Source: an uncultured delta proteobacterium
GTDB taxonomy: Bacteria; Myxococcota_A; Polyangia; Polyangiales; Polyangiaceae
Length of the DNA: 64,000 nt
Direction of reading: 5' to 3'
NCBI GenBank assembly: GCA_963850305.1
Contig: CAWKKR010000007.1
Coordinates: forward strand, 576,001-640,000
Position numbers and translations under genes: made by a program. Under the pieces are notes generated by a model. It was not told the origin of the DNA, ran no database searches, and saw only the letters and a program-made list of their open reading frames with translations. Numbering within the stretch: position 1 is the first letter of the stretch; each line of letters opens with the position of its first letter. This document shows positions 1-9,569 of the stretch, in pieces.

Positions 1-68
1 CCAGTCACCGGATGGAGCAACAGGAGCTGATCCAAAAGGCGTTCGGCGTCGCGTACGAGCCGGTGTGA
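1..68 (+). CDS. sucA: 3' end of 2-oxoglutarate dehydrogenase E1 (partial)
   Basis: Frame from nt 3 reads SHRMEQQELIQKAFGVAYEPV*, matching the H..EQ..L...AF ending of SucA; directly upstream of sucB. Confidence 0.75.
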   Translation, partial: SHRMEQQELIQKAFGVAYEPV

Positions 69-176
69 TGGGCCCGGGGTCCCTCCGGGCTGCAACGTGC
101 GTAGGGGCGTTCGTGGGTTTTTTGGAGTGGTTCCCGTGTAGCGTCCGTTGAGGTAGACCGGAACCGAAGGAACCAT

Positions 177-1412
177 ATGGCCGTCGAACTGCGAGTGCCC
201 GAGGTCGGGGAGTCGATCACCGAAGTGGAGATCGGCGATTGGTTGAAGAACGAAGGCGACCGCGCCGCGAGGGAAGAGGCGGTCGTGATGATCGACACCG
301 ACAAGGTGACCGTCGAGCTTCCGGCGCCCGTGAACGGGGTCGTCACGAAGATTCTCGTGTCGAAGGGCGCTACGGCGAAGGTCGGGCAGGTCATCGGTTA
401 CATGGAGGAAGCTGCCCCCGCAGTCACTCGGTCGACTCCACCGCCGGCGATGATTGGAGCTCCGGTGAATCTCGTCGCGAAGGTCGCCGTCCCCCCGCCC
501 GGGCCCGTGACGGCTCCCACACCCGTTGCGCCGCTGGCGCTGGAAACGCGAGTGATGCCGGCCGCCGATCGCGCGCTCCACGACGCCAATCTCGTCCCGG
601 CGGACGTCGTGCCCACGGGGCCGGGCGGCCGCATGCTCAAAGAAGACGTCGTGCGTGCGGCGGCCGCAAAACGGGCCCCAGACGCCACACCGTCGGCGCC
701 GTCCGACGGAGAGCGCGAAGAAGAGGTCGTGGCGATGACGCCCATGCGGCGTCGCATTGCAGAACGCCTCGTCGAAGCCCAGCAGACGGCCGCCATGCTG
801 ACGACGTTCAACGAGTGCGACATGTCGGCCGCGATGGCGCTCAGGAAGGAATATCAGCCACTCTTCCAGGAGAAATACGGCATCAAGCTCGGCTTCATGT
901 CCTTCTTCGTGAAGGCGGCGATCGATGCGCTCAAGCTCGTCCCGTCCGTGAATGCGGAGGTGCGCGGTACGAACATCGTTTACAAAAACTATTACGACAT
1001 CGGTGTGGCCGTCGGCGGAGGGAAGGGCCTCGTGGTGCCCATCATTCGCAACGCAGAGCGACTCGGCTTCGCCGAGGTCGAGCAGGCGATCGCAAACTAC
1101 GGGGAGCGCGCAAAGAAAAACGCGCTCAAGCTGGATGAGCTCGCGGGGGGAACCTTTACGATTTCCAACGGCGGCATCTACGGATCCATGATGTCGACGC
1201 CGATCTTGAATCCGCCGCAGAGCGGGATTCTCGGGCTCCACGCGATTCAGGACCGAGCCGTGGTTCGCGACGGGCAGGTCGTCGTCCGGCCGATGATGTA
1301 TCTCGCGCTGACCTACGATCATCGTATCGTGGACGGCCGGGAAGCGGTGACCTGCTTGAAGCGAATCAAGGAGACCATCGAATCTCCGGCTCGCATGCTG
1401 CTCGAGGTCTGA
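177..1412 (+). CDS. sucB: Dihydrolipoamide succinyltransferase (ODH E2)
   Basis: Lipoyl domain (VPEVGESITE...TDKV), E3-binding segment (PTGPGGRMLKEDV), catalytic YDHRIVDG. Confidence 0.97.
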   Translation: MAVELRVPEVGESITEVEIGDWLKNEGDRAAREEAVVMIDTDKVTVELPAPVNGVVTKILVSKGATAKVGQVIGYMEEAAPAVTRSTPPPAMIGAPVNLVAKVAVPPPGPVTAPTPVAPLALETRVMPAADRALHDANLVPADVVPTGPGGRMLKEDVVRAAAAKRAPDATPSAPSDGEREEEVVAMTPMRRRIAERLVEAQQTAAMLTTFNECDMSAAMALRKEYQPLFQEKYGIKLGFMSFFVKAAIDALKLVPSVNAEVRGTNIVYKNYYDIGVAVGGGKGLVVPIIRNAERLGFAEVEQAIANYGERAKKNALKLDELAGGTFTISNGGIYGSMMSTPILNPPQSGILGLHAIQDRAVVRDGQVVVRPMMYLALTYDHRIVDGREAVTCLKRIKETIESPARMLLEV

Positions 1413-2798
1413 ATGACGAAGCACGATCTCGTCGTGATCGGGGCGGGCCCCGGCGGTTACGTTGCAGCCATTCGCGCCGCCCAGCTCGGATTCGACACCG
1501 CGTGCATCGACTTGGAATCGGAGCTTGGTGGCACGTGCGTGCGTGTCGGGTGCATCCCTAGCAAAGCATTGCTCGAGGCAAGCGAGCGATTCGCCGAAGC
1601 GAAGCATGGCCTCGGTGCGTTCGGCATCGGCGTGACGGGCGTCGCACTCGATTTGAAGAAGATGCTCGGTCGCAAGGATGCGGTCGTGACGCAAAACACT
1701 TCCGGACTTACCTATCTCTTCAAGAAGAACAAGATCACCCGCTACCTGGGCCGCGGTCGGTTTCTGGCGCCGGGCCGCGTGGTCGTCGAGGGAGGTGGAG
1801 CAACGAGCGAGATCGATGCCAAGCACGTGGTCATCGCGACAGGTAGCAGGGTCGCGCCGCTGCGCGGGGTGACGGTGGACGGCGATCGGATCGGAACAAG
1901 CACGGAGGCGCTGTCGTATTCGTCCGTGCCGGAACGTCTCGTCGTGATCGGCGCCGGGGTGATCGGTCTCGAGCTTGGCTCGGTGTGGAGCCGGCTAGGT
2001 TCGAAGGTGACCGTGCTCGAGTACCTCGGCCGCATCCTGCCCGGAATGGACGACGAGATATCCGCCGAGGCAAAGAGGCTTTTCGAGCGCCAGGGGATGG
2101 TGTTCAGGCTCGGCGTGCGCGTAACCGGTGCGCGTCTCGACGGCAATGCCTGCGTGGTGGACGTCGATGGAGGCGAACCCGTGTCGGCCGATCGCGTGCT
2201 CGTGTGTGTCGGGCGGGTGCCCAATACCGACGGCCTCGGGCTAGACGCGATCGGAATCGAGCCCGAGCCACGCGGGCAAATCGCCGTCGATCAGCACTTT
2301 CGCACGAAGGTGGCCGGGGTCTACGCGATCGGCGACGTCATCCACGGGCCGATGCTAGCGCACAAGGCGGAGGACGAGGGCGTCGCGTGCGTGGAGCACA
2401 TCGCGACGGGTTACGGTCACGTCAACTACGACGCCATTCCGAGCGTCGTCTACACGCACCCGGAGATTGCGAGCGTGGGACGCACGGAAGAGGAACTGAA
2501 GCAGTCCGGCACTCCGTACAAGAAAGGCTCGTTTCCATTTTCGGCGAACGGTCGCGCCCGGGCTCTGGGTTCGACGGACGGCAGGGTGAAGATTCTCGCG
2601 CACCGGGACACGGATCGGATCCTGGGCGCACACATTCTTGGCCCGCGGGCGGGGGATCTGGTGGCCGAGCTCGTCACGGCGATCGAATTCGGGGCCAGCG
2701 CGGAGGACATTGCCCGGACGTGTCACGCCCACCCGACCCTGGCGGAAGCCATCAAGGAGGCTGCGCTTGGGGTTGCAGGCCGCCCGATCCATATCTGA
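1413..2798 (+). CDS. lpdA: Dihydrolipoamide dehydrogenase (E3)
   Basis: GAGPGGY FAD motif, GGTCVRVGCIPSK redox disulfide, HAHPTLAE. Confidence 0.97.
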   Translation: MTKHDLVVIGAGPGGYVAAIRAAQLGFDTACIDLESELGGTCVRVGCIPSKALLEASERFAEAKHGLGAFGIGVTGVALDLKKMLGRKDAVVTQNTSGLTYLFKKNKITRYLGRGRFLAPGRVVVEGGGATSEIDAKHVVIATGSRVAPLRGVTVDGDRIGTSTEALSYSSVPERLVVIGAGVIGLELGSVWSRLGSKVTVLEYLGRILPGMDDEISAEAKRLFERQGMVFRLGVRVTGARLDGNACVVDVDGGEPVSADRVLVCVGRVPNTDGLGLDAIGIEPEPRGQIAVDQHFRTKVAGVYAIGDVIHGPMLAHKAEDEGVACVEHIATGYGHVNYDAIPSVVYTHPEIASVGRTEEELKQSGTPYKKGSFPFSANGRARALGSTDGRVKILAHRDTDRILGAHILGPRAGDLVAELVTAIEFGASAEDIARTCHAHPTLAEAIKEAALGVAGRPIHI

Positions 2799-2811
2799 AT
2801 CGGGATGACGC

Positions 2812-3987
2812 ATGAAAACACGGCTAGAACGGGGGATTCGTGGCTCGCCAGAGCGGTGGACGGTTTCGTCCCGCGCGCGAGCCGGTTTCTGCGTTCCTCT
2901 GATAATCTTGGGGCTGACGGGCTGTCGGGGGCTGGCGACCCTCAAGCAGCGTTGCGTGGCGGGCGAAATCGAGGCGTGCGAATCGGCCTGCGCGAAAGGC
3001 GTTGTCGGCGAGGAAGGGTGCTTTCATGCTGGCGACCAGCACCGCCGCAAGGCGGCATTCGATCAGACGAGCCCTGAACTCCGGTTGGCATCGCGGTACT
3101 TCGCGAAATCCTGTGATGGTGGCTATGCTGACGGCTGCTTGTTCGCCGCGCAGATGATTGAAGCGAGGTACGCACAGCTCGATCTCGACGCTCCCAACGG
3201 GTCCGCTCCTCCGATGATCTCGGATACCGAGGTGATGGAGCGCGAGAAGCGATTGGGGCTCGCTTGCGACTACGGTTCGAGCGTCGGATGCAAGCGTCTC
3301 GGCGACATTCTGATCGGCAAGAACGCCGTGCGCGCGGATGCCGCGTACAAAAAATCATGTCAGAGCAGCTCGGACTCAGCGTCCTGTCTGGCTGCGCGGT
3401 TGCGCGAGGTAGAAACCGCCGAACAGTGGCGCGACACATGTACCCACGGCGCAGCCGACGCGTGCATGCGGCTCGGCGATCTCCTCTATGCGGTGGATCC
3501 GCCACGCGCGTACCGGTTGTTCGCGTCGGAATGCCAACTGCGGGGAGTGACCGCCGTTGCCGGCGGGCTGGGGACCTTCATCCGTGGCCGTGCGCGGCAA
3601 GCGGCGGCGGGCATTCCTGCAGATCCGGCGAAAGGAGCTGGATCGGTTCCGCCAGGCGACTCGATGCCACCCCTCCGGATCTCGCCCGCCGCCGTCAAGG
3701 GTCGGGTTCCCGTCGTCGAGGTCGATCGCGCGCTCAAGGAGGACGAAGCGGGCATCCAGTGGTGTCTCGGCTCGCTACCGAAGGATTTCGCTGGGATTTT
3801 CCACGTGTCTATGATCATCGACCTGACTGGCGACGTCTGGCGAGCGACCGTCGGCGACGCGCCGGCAAAGGTGGCGGAATGCCTTACGCCGCTTCTCGAA
3901 TCGATTCACGTCTCCACCCCCGGAACCGACATCGGCACTGCGACCCTCACGATGAGCGTCGGCCCTTCGGCGCATCCGGCCAGATGA
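2812..3987 (+). CDS. Putative lipoprotein with Cys-containing Sel1-like repeats and a C-terminal AgmX/PglI-like domain
   Basis: LGLTGC lipobox-like sequence; repeated C..G....C..LG units; start uncertain. Confidence 0.6.
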   Translation: MKTRLERGIRGSPERWTVSSRARAGFCVPLIILGLTGCRGLATLKQRCVAGEIEACESACAKGVVGEEGCFHAGDQHRRKAAFDQTSPELRLASRYFAKSCDGGYADGCLFAAQMIEARYAQLDLDAPNGSAPPMISDTEVMEREKRLGLACDYGSSVGCKRLGDILIGKNAVRADAAYKKSCQSSSDSASCLAARLREVETAEQWRDTCTHGAADACMRLGDLLYAVDPPRAYRLFASECQLRGVTAVAGGLGTFIRGRARQAAAGIPADPAKGAGSVPPGDSMPPLRISPAAVKGRVPVVEVDRALKEDEAGIQWCLGSLPKDFAGIFHVSMIIDLTGDVWRATVGDAPAKVAECLTPLLESIHVSTPGTDIGTATLTMSVGPSAHPAR

Positions 3988-4654
3988 CGGCGCGGCGCTT
4001 CCCAGCTCGCGGTCGCGCGCTACTCGCAGGTGTTTCGTCGACGTCGAAATCCCGCGCGGTCGTTGCGGCGAGAAGCTGTTCCATGCTGACCCACGCCAGG
4101 CGCTCGACCCTCTTCGTGGTGCCGCCGCTCGACCCGAAGTGCCCGTCGATCGCGAGCACCGAGAGTCCGTGAACCAGCGCCCAGACGGCCAGCGCGGCGT
4201 CGCGCGACGGGGGATTGGATTCGGGAACCGAAATCGTTCGGCAAAGCGTGTCTCGCACCAGGTCGAGCCCGCGTGCGACCCGCTCGTCACGTCGACTCCG
4301 CGCCCGCCGGGATGGTCCGAACATCAGCCGGAATCGAGCGGGATGCTTCAGCGCGAAGGCAATGTAAGCCGCGCCCATCGCCCGACTCTGCCGTCGCGGG
4401 TTTCCGCGATGGAGATCCGCCGCCAGTAGCATCTCCTCCTGCAGGAGCTGAAAACTCTCCTCCGCAACAGTGGCCAGTAGGGCGTCCTTGTGCTCGAAGT
4501 GATGGTACGGAGCCCCGTCCGAAACCCCTGCGAGTTTCGCTGCTGCGCGTAGCGTAAACCCCTCCGTGCCGCGCGAATCGACCAGCTTCGTAGTCGCTTC
4601 GACGAGCGTTCGGCGTAGATCGCCGTGGTGGTAGCCCGCCCCCTTTCGTTTCAA
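3947..4654 (-). CDS. TetR/AcrR family regulator
   Basis: YHHGDLR...LRAAAKLAGVSDGAPYHHF HTH; WALVHG in C-terminal domain. Confidence 0.92.
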   Translation of the reverse strand: MKRKGAGYHHGDLRRTLVEATTKLVDSRGTEGFTLRAAAKLAGVSDGAPYHHFEHKDALLATVAEESFQLLQEEMLLAADLHRGNPRRQSRAMGAAYIAFALKHPARFRLMFGPSRRARSRRDERVARGLDLVRDTLCRTISVPESNPPSRDAALAVWALVHGLSVLAIDGHFGSSGGTTKRVERLAWVSMEQLLAATTARDFDVDETPASSARPRAGKRRAVIWPDAPKGRRSS

Positions 4655-4829
4655 GTCAGCGCCTTAATGCCATGGGACGTTCGCGTTGCCAACGGCTGAC
4701 CGACCCCGACCCATCAGAATGCTCTCGGGGTTTTCTTCGGAACAGCGTTGTGAGAAAAGAACAGCGGGCGACGACCGAGTTCCTTCGGCTCATGACCGCG
4801 CCGCTCGAGGAATCGAAAGCGGAGCAGCG

Positions 4830-5498
4830 ATGGATGTTCACGCCATGCGGGAAGACGATGCATCGGAAATCCCTCCCGAAAATGGCAAGGGAGCCGAGCC
4901 CAAATACGATGGTGTAGTGCTGCCGGAGCACGCGAGCGCTTATTACTCGCCGCGTCCTCCACCGGCGACGACCGCTCACGACACCATCGAAACGGAGCCG
5001 GTTCGGCTAGACCCGGCGATAGACCCGGGCCTGATCCCCACCCAGCGCCTCACCGTCCCCGAGGCTGAACCGCCCGAAATTCCGCTCCGCTCGGACGCGC
5101 CGACCGTGCTCGTGCCCGTCGTGCGCGCGCGCCAGCGGCGGCGAAGAGCGGCTGCCATGGTGCTAGCGGGGGTGGTCGGTGTCACGGCCGGCATCGGGTA
5201 CGCGCTGCTGAACTCCCCGCCGTCTGCCGCCCCGGACAGGCGTGTTCCCGCTCTCCCCGTGGACGTGCCTGGCGCGGTGGTGGTCATCAGCTCTGCGGTC
5301 GGTTCGGGGCCCGAACCACCGGTCGATAGTCAGGCTTCAACTGTCCCGAGTGATTCTCCCGCAACTCTGCCGCCCAGCGTACCGAGTTCCCAGACGGTTG
5401 CTCGAAAGGAAGGAGCCCCGACGGTCGGTGCTCATCACCAGTCGCGCCGCCCCGCGGCCTGGTTCAAAGCAGAATCCCCGAAGGCGTGGATAAAATGA
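4830..5498 (+). CDS. Pro-rich single-pass membrane protein
   Basis: GGAG RBS before ATG 4830; basic stretch followed by a TM helix; stop overlaps next start (ATGA). Confidence 0.6.
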   Translation: MDVHAMREDDASEIPPENGKGAEPKYDGVVLPEHASAYYSPRPPPATTAHDTIETEPVRLDPAIDPGLIPTQRLTVPEAEPPEIPLRSDAPTVLVPVVRARQRRRRAAAMVLAGVVGVTAGIGYALLNSPPSAAPDRRVPALPVDVPGAVVVISSAVGSGPEPPVDSQASTVPSDSPATLPPSVPSSQTVARKEGAPTVGAHHQSRRPAAWFKAESPKAWIK

Positions 5499-6556
5499 AT
5501 CGTTGGTTGTTCGGGGTCTGCGCGGCCCTTGGAGTCGCGTGGTGCCCCACCCCGGCGCGAGCTCAGGACTCGGCCGTTCGGGCCGAGGATGCCGCACGGG
5601 CCGAAGAGTTGTTCAGGCAGGGTACCGACGCCTTCGAGGCCGCACGGTATTCGGATGCATACGCCGCTCTTCGGTCGTCGTGGGACCTGTCGCATGGTTA
5701 TCGGAACGCGGCGGGCCTCGGACAGGTGGAAATTCGCCTCGAACAGTATCGGGACGCGGCAGAGCATCTGTCCTTTTGTCTACGTCACTTTCCAGCAGAC
5801 GGGGACTCCACGGCTCGTGGCCACGTCGAGCAAGGCCTTGCGGAAGCGCGAGAACACCTGGCCACGCTGCGCGTCAGCGTATCGCCGACGGAAGCGACTC
5901 TCTCGGTAGACGACAGGCCCGTCCCGGCGTTTGCCCGCGAGGGTGCGCTGTTCGTGGACCCTGGCACTCACATCGTGGCCGCCAGCCTCGATGGTTACGC
6001 GCCTGCCAAGAAAACCGTGGATGTTGCCGCCCGAATGTCTCAGGACTTGGCTCTCCAGCTGATACCGGCTTCGGCCTTTCCGGCGGCCGCTACGCCATCG
6101 CGACCTGCCCGGACCGTTCTCGCGCCCGCACCGAGGCATCCGGCCACCGCTCCGGATGAGGCCGGGCTTACTCCGCGCACGTGGGTCCTCATCGTGGGGG
6201 GGGCGCTGACCGCCGTTGCTGCCGGAACCGCCGTGCTTTTCGACTTCAAGGGGAGTTCGGCCGAGAGTGATCGGGAAGACCTCCGTGCTCAGCTTGGTTC
6301 GAACCCCGCGGCCTGCTCTGGGCCGACCCCGGAACCCTCCTGTGTCGCTCTGCGGAATGCCACGGACCGTCGGGATCACTACAACGCGCTAGCGACTGGG
6401 TTTGCGATCGGCAGCGCCGTGATGGCCGTAGCGACGCTGGGTGCCGCGCTGGCGGTCCCTGCCTCCGACTCGCCACGCGAGGCGCGGCCGCTCCAATCGC
6501 TCCGACTCGCCGTAGGCCATTCAACCGCCAGCGTGCTGCTCAGCGGGCACTTCTGA
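5495..6556 (+). CDS. Secreted TPR + PEGA domain protein
   Basis: Signal peptide (..PARA-Q), TPR helices, PEGA-like VDPGTHIVAASLDGY, C-terminal hydrophobic hairpin. Confidence 0.8.
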   Translation: MNRWLFGVCAALGVAWCPTPARAQDSAVRAEDAARAEELFRQGTDAFEAARYSDAYAALRSSWDLSHGYRNAAGLGQVEIRLEQYRDAAEHLSFCLRHFPADGDSTARGHVEQGLAEAREHLATLRVSVSPTEATLSVDDRPVPAFAREGALFVDPGTHIVAASLDGYAPAKKTVDVAARMSQDLALQLIPASAFPAAATPSRPARTVLAPAPRHPATAPDEAGLTPRTWVLIVGGALTAVAAGTAVLFDFKGSSAESDREDLRAQLGSNPAACSGPTPEPSCVALRNATDRRDHYNALATGFAIGSAVMAVATLGAALAVPASDSPREARPLQSLRLAVGHSTASVLLSGHF

Positions 6557-6559
6557 GAA

Positions 6560-7591
6560 ATGCCGCGTGGACTTCGTGGAGGCATCCTGCTGGCGATGGT
6601 CGTCGCCGCGCTGGGCCGTCCCGTGCGCGCCGAGCCCAGTGAAAGACAGATTGAAACCGCGCGAGCCCTCTTCAAGGAGGCAACGGTCCTGCGTGAGCGG
6701 GGGCGGTTTGGCGAGGCCGCAGAAAAACTGAAGGAGGCCGTGGAGATCAAGGAAACGCCTGGGCTCTACTTTCACCTGGCCCACTGTTATGACGAGATGG
6801 GCCGCCTCGTCGAAGCAGCGCGCGCGTACGACCGCGCAGATGAACTCATCCGGCAGGGGGTGAAAGCGCCGGTCGTCGCAAAACTGCTCATCCCGACGAG
6901 AGCGAGTCTGCGCGAGCGTACGCCCACGATCTCCTTGCAAATCTCCGTCGCGGAACGCGATGTCCGGGCCACTCTCGACGGCGGTGACGTCCCGGCAAAC
7001 GCGCTCCGAGCCGCCCTCCCGCTCGACCCTGGCACCCACCGTCTTGTCGTGACTGCGCCAGGACGGGTGCCGTTCACGACGGACATCCTGCTGAGTGAAG
7101 GGGACGCCCGCATCGTCCAAGTCGTGCTTGCGCCGGTCGCGCCATCGCCAAGCCCGCCCCCTCCCGCCAAAGGTTCGGTCGAGCGGCGCCCGCCGGATTC
7201 TGCGTCGAAATCGGACGACGGTCCCGATCTCCGAGATGCGGTATTGATTGGAGCGAGCGCAGTCACGGTCGGCGGACTCATCGTGGGGACCTTCTTCGCA
7301 GTTCGGAACGCCGATGCCGGCCGTCGCGAGGCCGCCGACGTAAGCGCCATAGGCGACTCCGCTAGCGCGTGCCTAGGGGCTCCGACTTCGGCCTGCGAGG
7401 ACCTGCCTGCCGCGCTTACCGAACAAGTGAACGATCGCCGCTTTGCGATCGCTGGGTTCGTGGGCGCCGGTATCGGCGCAGCCTCGCTGCTGACCACCGC
7501 GCTGGTGTGGCCGGCTGCCCCGTCCTCGAACGGTCTGAAGGCCGAGGTCGGTCCGCTTCCGGGCGGGCTCCTCGTGCGCGGAGCCTTCTAA
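6560..7591 (+). CDS. Secreted TPR + PEGA domain protein (paralog)
   Basis: Same architecture: ARALFKEA TPR, LDPGTHRLVVTAPG, terminal GAF. Confidence 0.8.
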   Translation: MPRGLRGGILLAMVVAALGRPVRAEPSERQIETARALFKEATVLRERGRFGEAAEKLKEAVEIKETPGLYFHLAHCYDEMGRLVEAARAYDRADELIRQGVKAPVVAKLLIPTRASLRERTPTISLQISVAERDVRATLDGGDVPANALRAALPLDPGTHRLVVTAPGRVPFTTDILLSEGDARIVQVVLAPVAPSPSPPPPAKGSVERRPPDSASKSDDGPDLRDAVLIGASAVTVGGLIVGTFFAVRNADAGRREAADVSAIGDSASACLGAPTSACEDLPAALTEQVNDRRFAIAGFVGAGIGAASLLTTALVWPAAPSSNGLKAEVGPLPGGLLVRGAF

Positions 7592-7898
7592 CCGTGGGGA
7601 TCGCCTGCAGCACCTGCTGACCGAGTCGAAAGCCTCGCGGCCGGTCGCGGAGCAGAACAGACGGAGTGCGTCGTCAGAGCGCGGGACCAGAATCGAAGGT
7701 GAGAATCTGTGCTCGCAACGTGACCGGTGCTAGAGCGTGTTGCGTGACACCGAGGCGCGGCAAGAGTCTTCTCGTGCACCAACCTCGGGGTTCATCACTT
7801 TCGTTCTTTTGTGCGCGAGACGTGGATCGCCCTACGTTTGTTGACGTACGAGTGATAGTCGTGTGACCGTCCGCGTCCCATTCGAAGAGAGGTAATGC

Positions 7899-8252
7899 GT
7901 GGCAACGAGAAAGGCTCCGGCGGCAACCGACGACAAGAACGCGAGCGACTTCATTCGCGCGCAGACAACCAGCATGACGGCACCGGAGGTGGTCGCAGCG
8001 GGCAAGAAGGCCGGCTTCGACTTCTCGACCAGCCTCGTATACGCGGTTCGCGGGCGAATGAAGAAGAGCTCCGGCGAGATCGGTTCGAGACGCGAAACGC
8101 CCTCGCGACGAGCCCCGGCTTCCGGCGGCAACGGTCGTCTCGACGCCCAGATCCAGGGTCTGGTCGACGCGTTCGTCAAGGAAATGTCCGCGCTCGTTCG
8201 CCGCGCCGCCCTGGATTCGGTCCGTCAAGCCCTGGGCGATCGAACGCGGTAG
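7899..8252 (+). CDS. Small basic protein, putative DNA-binding/nucleoid-associated
   Basis: GAGG RBS before GTG; helical N-domain, basic linker, amphipathic C-terminal helix. Confidence 0.55.
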   Translation: MATRKAPAATDDKNASDFIRAQTTSMTAPEVVAAGKKAGFDFSTSLVYAVRGRMKKSSGEIGSRRETPSRRAPASGGNGRLDAQIQGLVDAFVKEMSALVRRAALDSVRQALGDRTR

Positions 8253-8262
8253 AAGGCGATCG

Positions 8263-8631
8263 TCATCCGGTTCGAGCCTTCACGCTGAAGGTCTCGCCGC
8301 AACCGCACGTGGACGCTTCGAGCGGGTTCTTGAATTTGAGCCCCTGAAACATGAGTGTGTTCTCGTATGTGATCGTACTACCGTCGATGTACTCGATACT
8401 TCGGTTGTCGACGAAGACATGGGTGCCGTAGAAGGCATAAACTAGGTCGCGCGCTCGGGGCGGCTCGTCCGTGTAATCGAGCACGTAGGTGAGGCCGTTG
8501 CAGCCCCCGCCTCGCACCCCCACTCTCAGGGCAGCGTCGGGGCGGCCTTCCTTTTCGAGCCGGCGACGCACGAACTCGGCTGCTTCCTTGGTCAGTGTGA
8601 TGCGGGGGGCACTTGTGGCTTCGCCGTCCAT
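8263..8631 (-). CDS. sufA: A-type Fe-S carrier (HesB/IscA/SufA)
   Basis: GGGCNGLTY and CGCGETF motifs; last gene of the suf operon. Confidence 0.92.
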   Translation of the reverse strand: MDGEATSAPRITLTKEAAEFVRRRLEKEGRPDAALRVGVRGGGCNGLTYVLDYTDEPPRARDLVYAFYGTHVFVDNRSIEYIDGSTITYENTLMFQGLKFKNPLEASTCGCGETFSVKARTG

Positions 8632-8676
8632 TTGATTCAGCTTAGCTCCAGATGTGTCGTTCGCAAGTGACGGTAA

Positions 8677-9132
8677 TCAAAGGAGCCCGAGCTCGAGCCG
8701 AGCCTCCGTCGAGAGTCGGTCACGGGTCCAGGGCGGAATCCCAGACGAGCTCCGTTCGCGCTCGCCGGACGCCGCGGGTCTCGCGCAAGCGGTCTTGGAC
8801 TTCTTGAACGAGCGAACCAGCGACGGGGCATCCGGGCGCTGTCAGTGTCATCTTGACGTGTACATTTCCGTCGACGTCCACGTCGATACCGTAAATCGAG
8901 TCCAAGAATCGTAAATGTTCAGTGGGATCTCCGGATCGAACACGGTGCGGAGACCCTGGACCACGCGGTCGCGAAGAATTTCCGGTCGCTCGCGCACTCC
9001 ATCGGGTTCGGAACCGTCGTCTTCGAGCGTGAATGGCCCCGTGTCCTTCGCGCTCTCGTTGAGGACGTCGAGACGGCGCTTCTTCAGCTTCTCGAACTCC
9101 ACGTCGACGGGTCGCTCGCCTTCCATCATCAC
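8677..9132 (-). CDS. sufT: DUF59/SufT Fe-S assembly protein, broken by about 3 single-base insertions
   Basis: DPEIPLNIYD, TLTAPGCP and WDPPW...EARLELGLL* recovered across three frames; indels near 8900, 8908 and 8737. Confidence 0.85.
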
Positions 9133-9569
9133 TCCGTGGTCGTGTCGGTCTCACCATCGAGTGCTGCCTCGAGTGTGTGCCAGGCCAGCGTCGCGCACTT
9201 CACGCGCATCGGAAATTCAGCAACGCCGCCGAAAGCCGCGAGCTTTCCCAGTTTGCCCACGTCGCAGGCGGCCTTCCCGGTAACGAGATCGTGAAACACG
9301 CGGAACAGGTCGTCCACCTCTTCGCGCGTTCTTCCCTTGACGACCTCCGTCATGGTCGATGCCGCAGCGGTCGAGATTGCGCAGCCCGAGCCCTCGAAAC
9401 CGACGTCCTTGATTGTGCCATCCTCGTACACGATACGCACGATGACGTGGTCGCCGCAAAGCGGGTTCTTGCCTTCCGCCGTACGGTTCGCGCCGGGCAG
9501 CGGGCGAAAGTTTCGCGGATGCCTCCCGTGATCGAGAATCACCTCCTGATAGAGTTCGCGTGGGTCCAT
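9129..9569 (-). CDS. sufU: SufU/NifU-like sulfur-transfer protein
   Basis: LYQEVILDH, NPLCGD, GCAISTA, RVKCATLAW. Confidence 0.95.
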   Translation of the reverse strand: MDPRELYQEVILDHGRHPRNFRPLPGANRTAEGKNPLCGDHVIVRIVYEDGTIKDVGFEGSGCAISTAAASTMTEVVKGRTREEVDDLFRVFHDLVTGKAACDVGKLGKLAAFGGVAEFPMRVKCATLAWHTLEAALDGETDTTTE

